DNA of 63,491 bases, filler included, from Sphacelaria rigidula (lineage: Eukaryota), in the NCBI GenBank assembly GCA_964200075.2. It is 11 parts of 11 records of this genome, joined end to end, with 100 filler letters (N's around TTAATTAATTAA, not from the genome) between each part and the next. Parts side by side here need not be neighbours in the genome. Positions count along the whole stretch, not along the records: positions 57,812 to 63,491 come from CAXNAA020025304.1; 10 more parts are not named here. One strand, written 5' to 3'. A model generated the notes under the pieces. It made no database searches, had not been told where the DNA came from, and saw only the letters and a program-made list of their open reading frames with translations. This document shows positions 61,566 to 63,491 of this stretch, one piece after another. Within the stretch, counting starts at the first letter, position 1; every line of letters begins with the position of its first letter. Position numbers and translations under genes: made by a program.

Positions 61566-62743
61566 GAAACCCGACGACTGAAATACCTACCGCGGAACAA
61601 CAAACCATTATTATTGCTGTGTCTGCGGAAATCGGAGAGCGTAGCATAGCCTGCCTTGTTAAATCGCGGTTGTCGACGTATTCCACGTCAAAGTGTACTG
61701 ATATTGTACCGTTGTTTTAGTCTGTGTTTTCATGCCCATGTAATGTAACTTTTGATATCAGTCGTGATGTATACAATAAATTGTCATCGTGTGGATACAG
61801 GACGGTAGTACTAGTAAATAGCTCCGTCGTACGTGTTGCGCATTTATCGAAGGGAATCAGTTAATTACTTTCCATATTATTTTCTACCCGTCATATTTAT
61901 TTGGTTCGTGTGTTAGAGGAAACAGAAATGAAAGGTCTTCCAAAGTCAACAAATGTGCACAGCGTTTGTTTTGTATGTACCCTCTAGACGCGGCAACTCC
62001 GCCTAAATAGCCCCAAATCGCTCGTGGTCAATTAGACTTTGGCACTGTACTGTTGTTGTTCAAGTTGGGCGTTTGGGTGGGGATCAATGCGCGAGGACCT
62101 GATCGTTTGCCCCGCCCAAGTCATGTGTGTGCGCGGTACATGCTTCCACGCGCAAGTAATTCGTTTACGCTGGCTAGTGCTTGTAGGCAGACAACACATT
62201 ATCCGCCTTGCTTGAGCAATCTTACAGTAGTACCTTGACGACATGCAGTGCTGGCTCGCCTCCGTCTGCGTTTTTATGTTCCACTGCACGTTCTACAATA
62301 ATCTCAACCGTACTCTTTGGCAACGTGCTGTTGTACCGCACAGAGAATTGTTTCTCATCAGCGCCTAAATACAGCACGGGTCGAACGAATCATCACCGGT
62401 TCGAATCATCAAATCCACGATTTTTCAGGTTTGGTTGCTCGAGAGAGAGAAAAAGTTGACAGCTGGTCAGAAAGGTCTCCACGCATTTTTTGCGCCACTC
62501 CACGTGCCTGGGCCGCGCGTACCTGGGTTTCAACACTGAAAACAAAGCTAATAAGGATCAATTCGTACGGTACGAATAAACACACTAAAATCAAGTAATT
62601 TGTCCGACTCTTGAAGTATAACAAGGATAGTATCGCGGTGGCGTTGCTCTCCATCGCACGCAGCATACGCTGTTCCGACCTCTTGTCAGTGCTCTGCGAC
62701 AACAGCGCACAGCTTTCTTTGTAACACAAGAGGGGGTTAGCAG

Positions 62744-62960
62744 TGTAATGCGTGAGAGGACCGCGTGCTTAGAGGACCGCATCAGAATTTCAACATCCCT
62801 ATGGTTGGGGGTAGGGGTAGGGTTAGGGTTAGTGTTGGGGTTATGGTCAGGGGCGTGGTACCTCCAGAGACTGACTCGATTGGTTTTGAAAAACGTCGAT
62901 CCTGAAGTGTTTTGAACGACGGCGCGGTCCTCTAAGCACGCCGTCCTCTCACGCATTACA
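62744..62960 (+). mobile_element. Telomere-repeat-bearing MITE, full copy, 5-bp TSD AGCAG
   Basis: agcag|TGTAATGCGTGAGAGGACCGCG...gggtagggttagggttag...CTCACGCATTACA|agcag. Confidence 0.92.
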
Positions 62961-63491
62961 AGCAGGTCGCGAAGCCTGCACACATATGAAAAATATATGT
63001 GATGTGATTGTAGAAAAGTGATCGCTGCTGAGAATGAACGGTCAAATCTCTAATCAACATTGACGCTCGGGGTGGGCAATGTTGCCCGCTTCGTAGGCGA
63101 ACCCAGGCACACAATTGAGTCAATCAAAATGACGAATCCACTCCCTGTACGCTTGTTGTCCGATCTAGATTTTGTCTACAGATACGCATGGTTGCTCTGG
63201 TGAGCATTCTCTGACGATCGGGGAACCTATACAACAATTTCGCGTGTATTCTGAGGGAAACAAGAGTTTTCGACACGGTCAACTTCACGAGATATACGCT
63301 GAAGAAAAGTTACGCTGATTAAGCAAAACGCGTTTCCGAAACTATCTACTAAGTATTCCGGAACGATACTGGAGGTCGAAGACACGTGGGCGGCGCGAAG
63401 AAAAGAACACGACGGTAACACGGAAACTAGGAGTCATCCTACGATAGGGGGGGGGGTATTTTGGGCCATTTGTTGCTCGAAATTTCGAGTC

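Overview
This window is eukaryotic DNA, most likely from a brown alga (Phaeophyceae), judged from an intron-rich mannuronan C5-epimerase gene. It is not one continuous locus. It is 11 unplaced contigs of 5682-5680 bp, sorted by decreasing size and joined by artificial 100-nt N44-TTAATTAATTAA-N44 linkers, so adjacency across linkers means nothing. Host-gene pieces I can support: (1) a WCGPC thioredoxin with an acidic tail (2 exons); (2) two spliced exons of a DUF1015-family protein; (3) one 84-nt symmetric exon with cystine-knot Cys spacing; (4) two 5' exons of an unknown Ser/Gly-rich protein; (5) an 8-exon, membrane-anchored WSC + mannuronan C5-epimerase gene with a frameshifting deletion upstream of an intact YGFDPHDD motif. 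The rest is mostly mobile DNA: two internally deleted Ty1/copia elements, APE-type LINE relics, a tRNA-derived SINE head, several MITE/foldback families and palindrome-based minisatellites. The most unusual signal is a ~215-bp non-autonomous element with TGT...ACA termini and 5-bp target-site duplications that carries telomere-type (TTAGGG)n repeats; it has five copies here on three contigs. No CRISPR array, rRNA or prokaryotic operon is visible.
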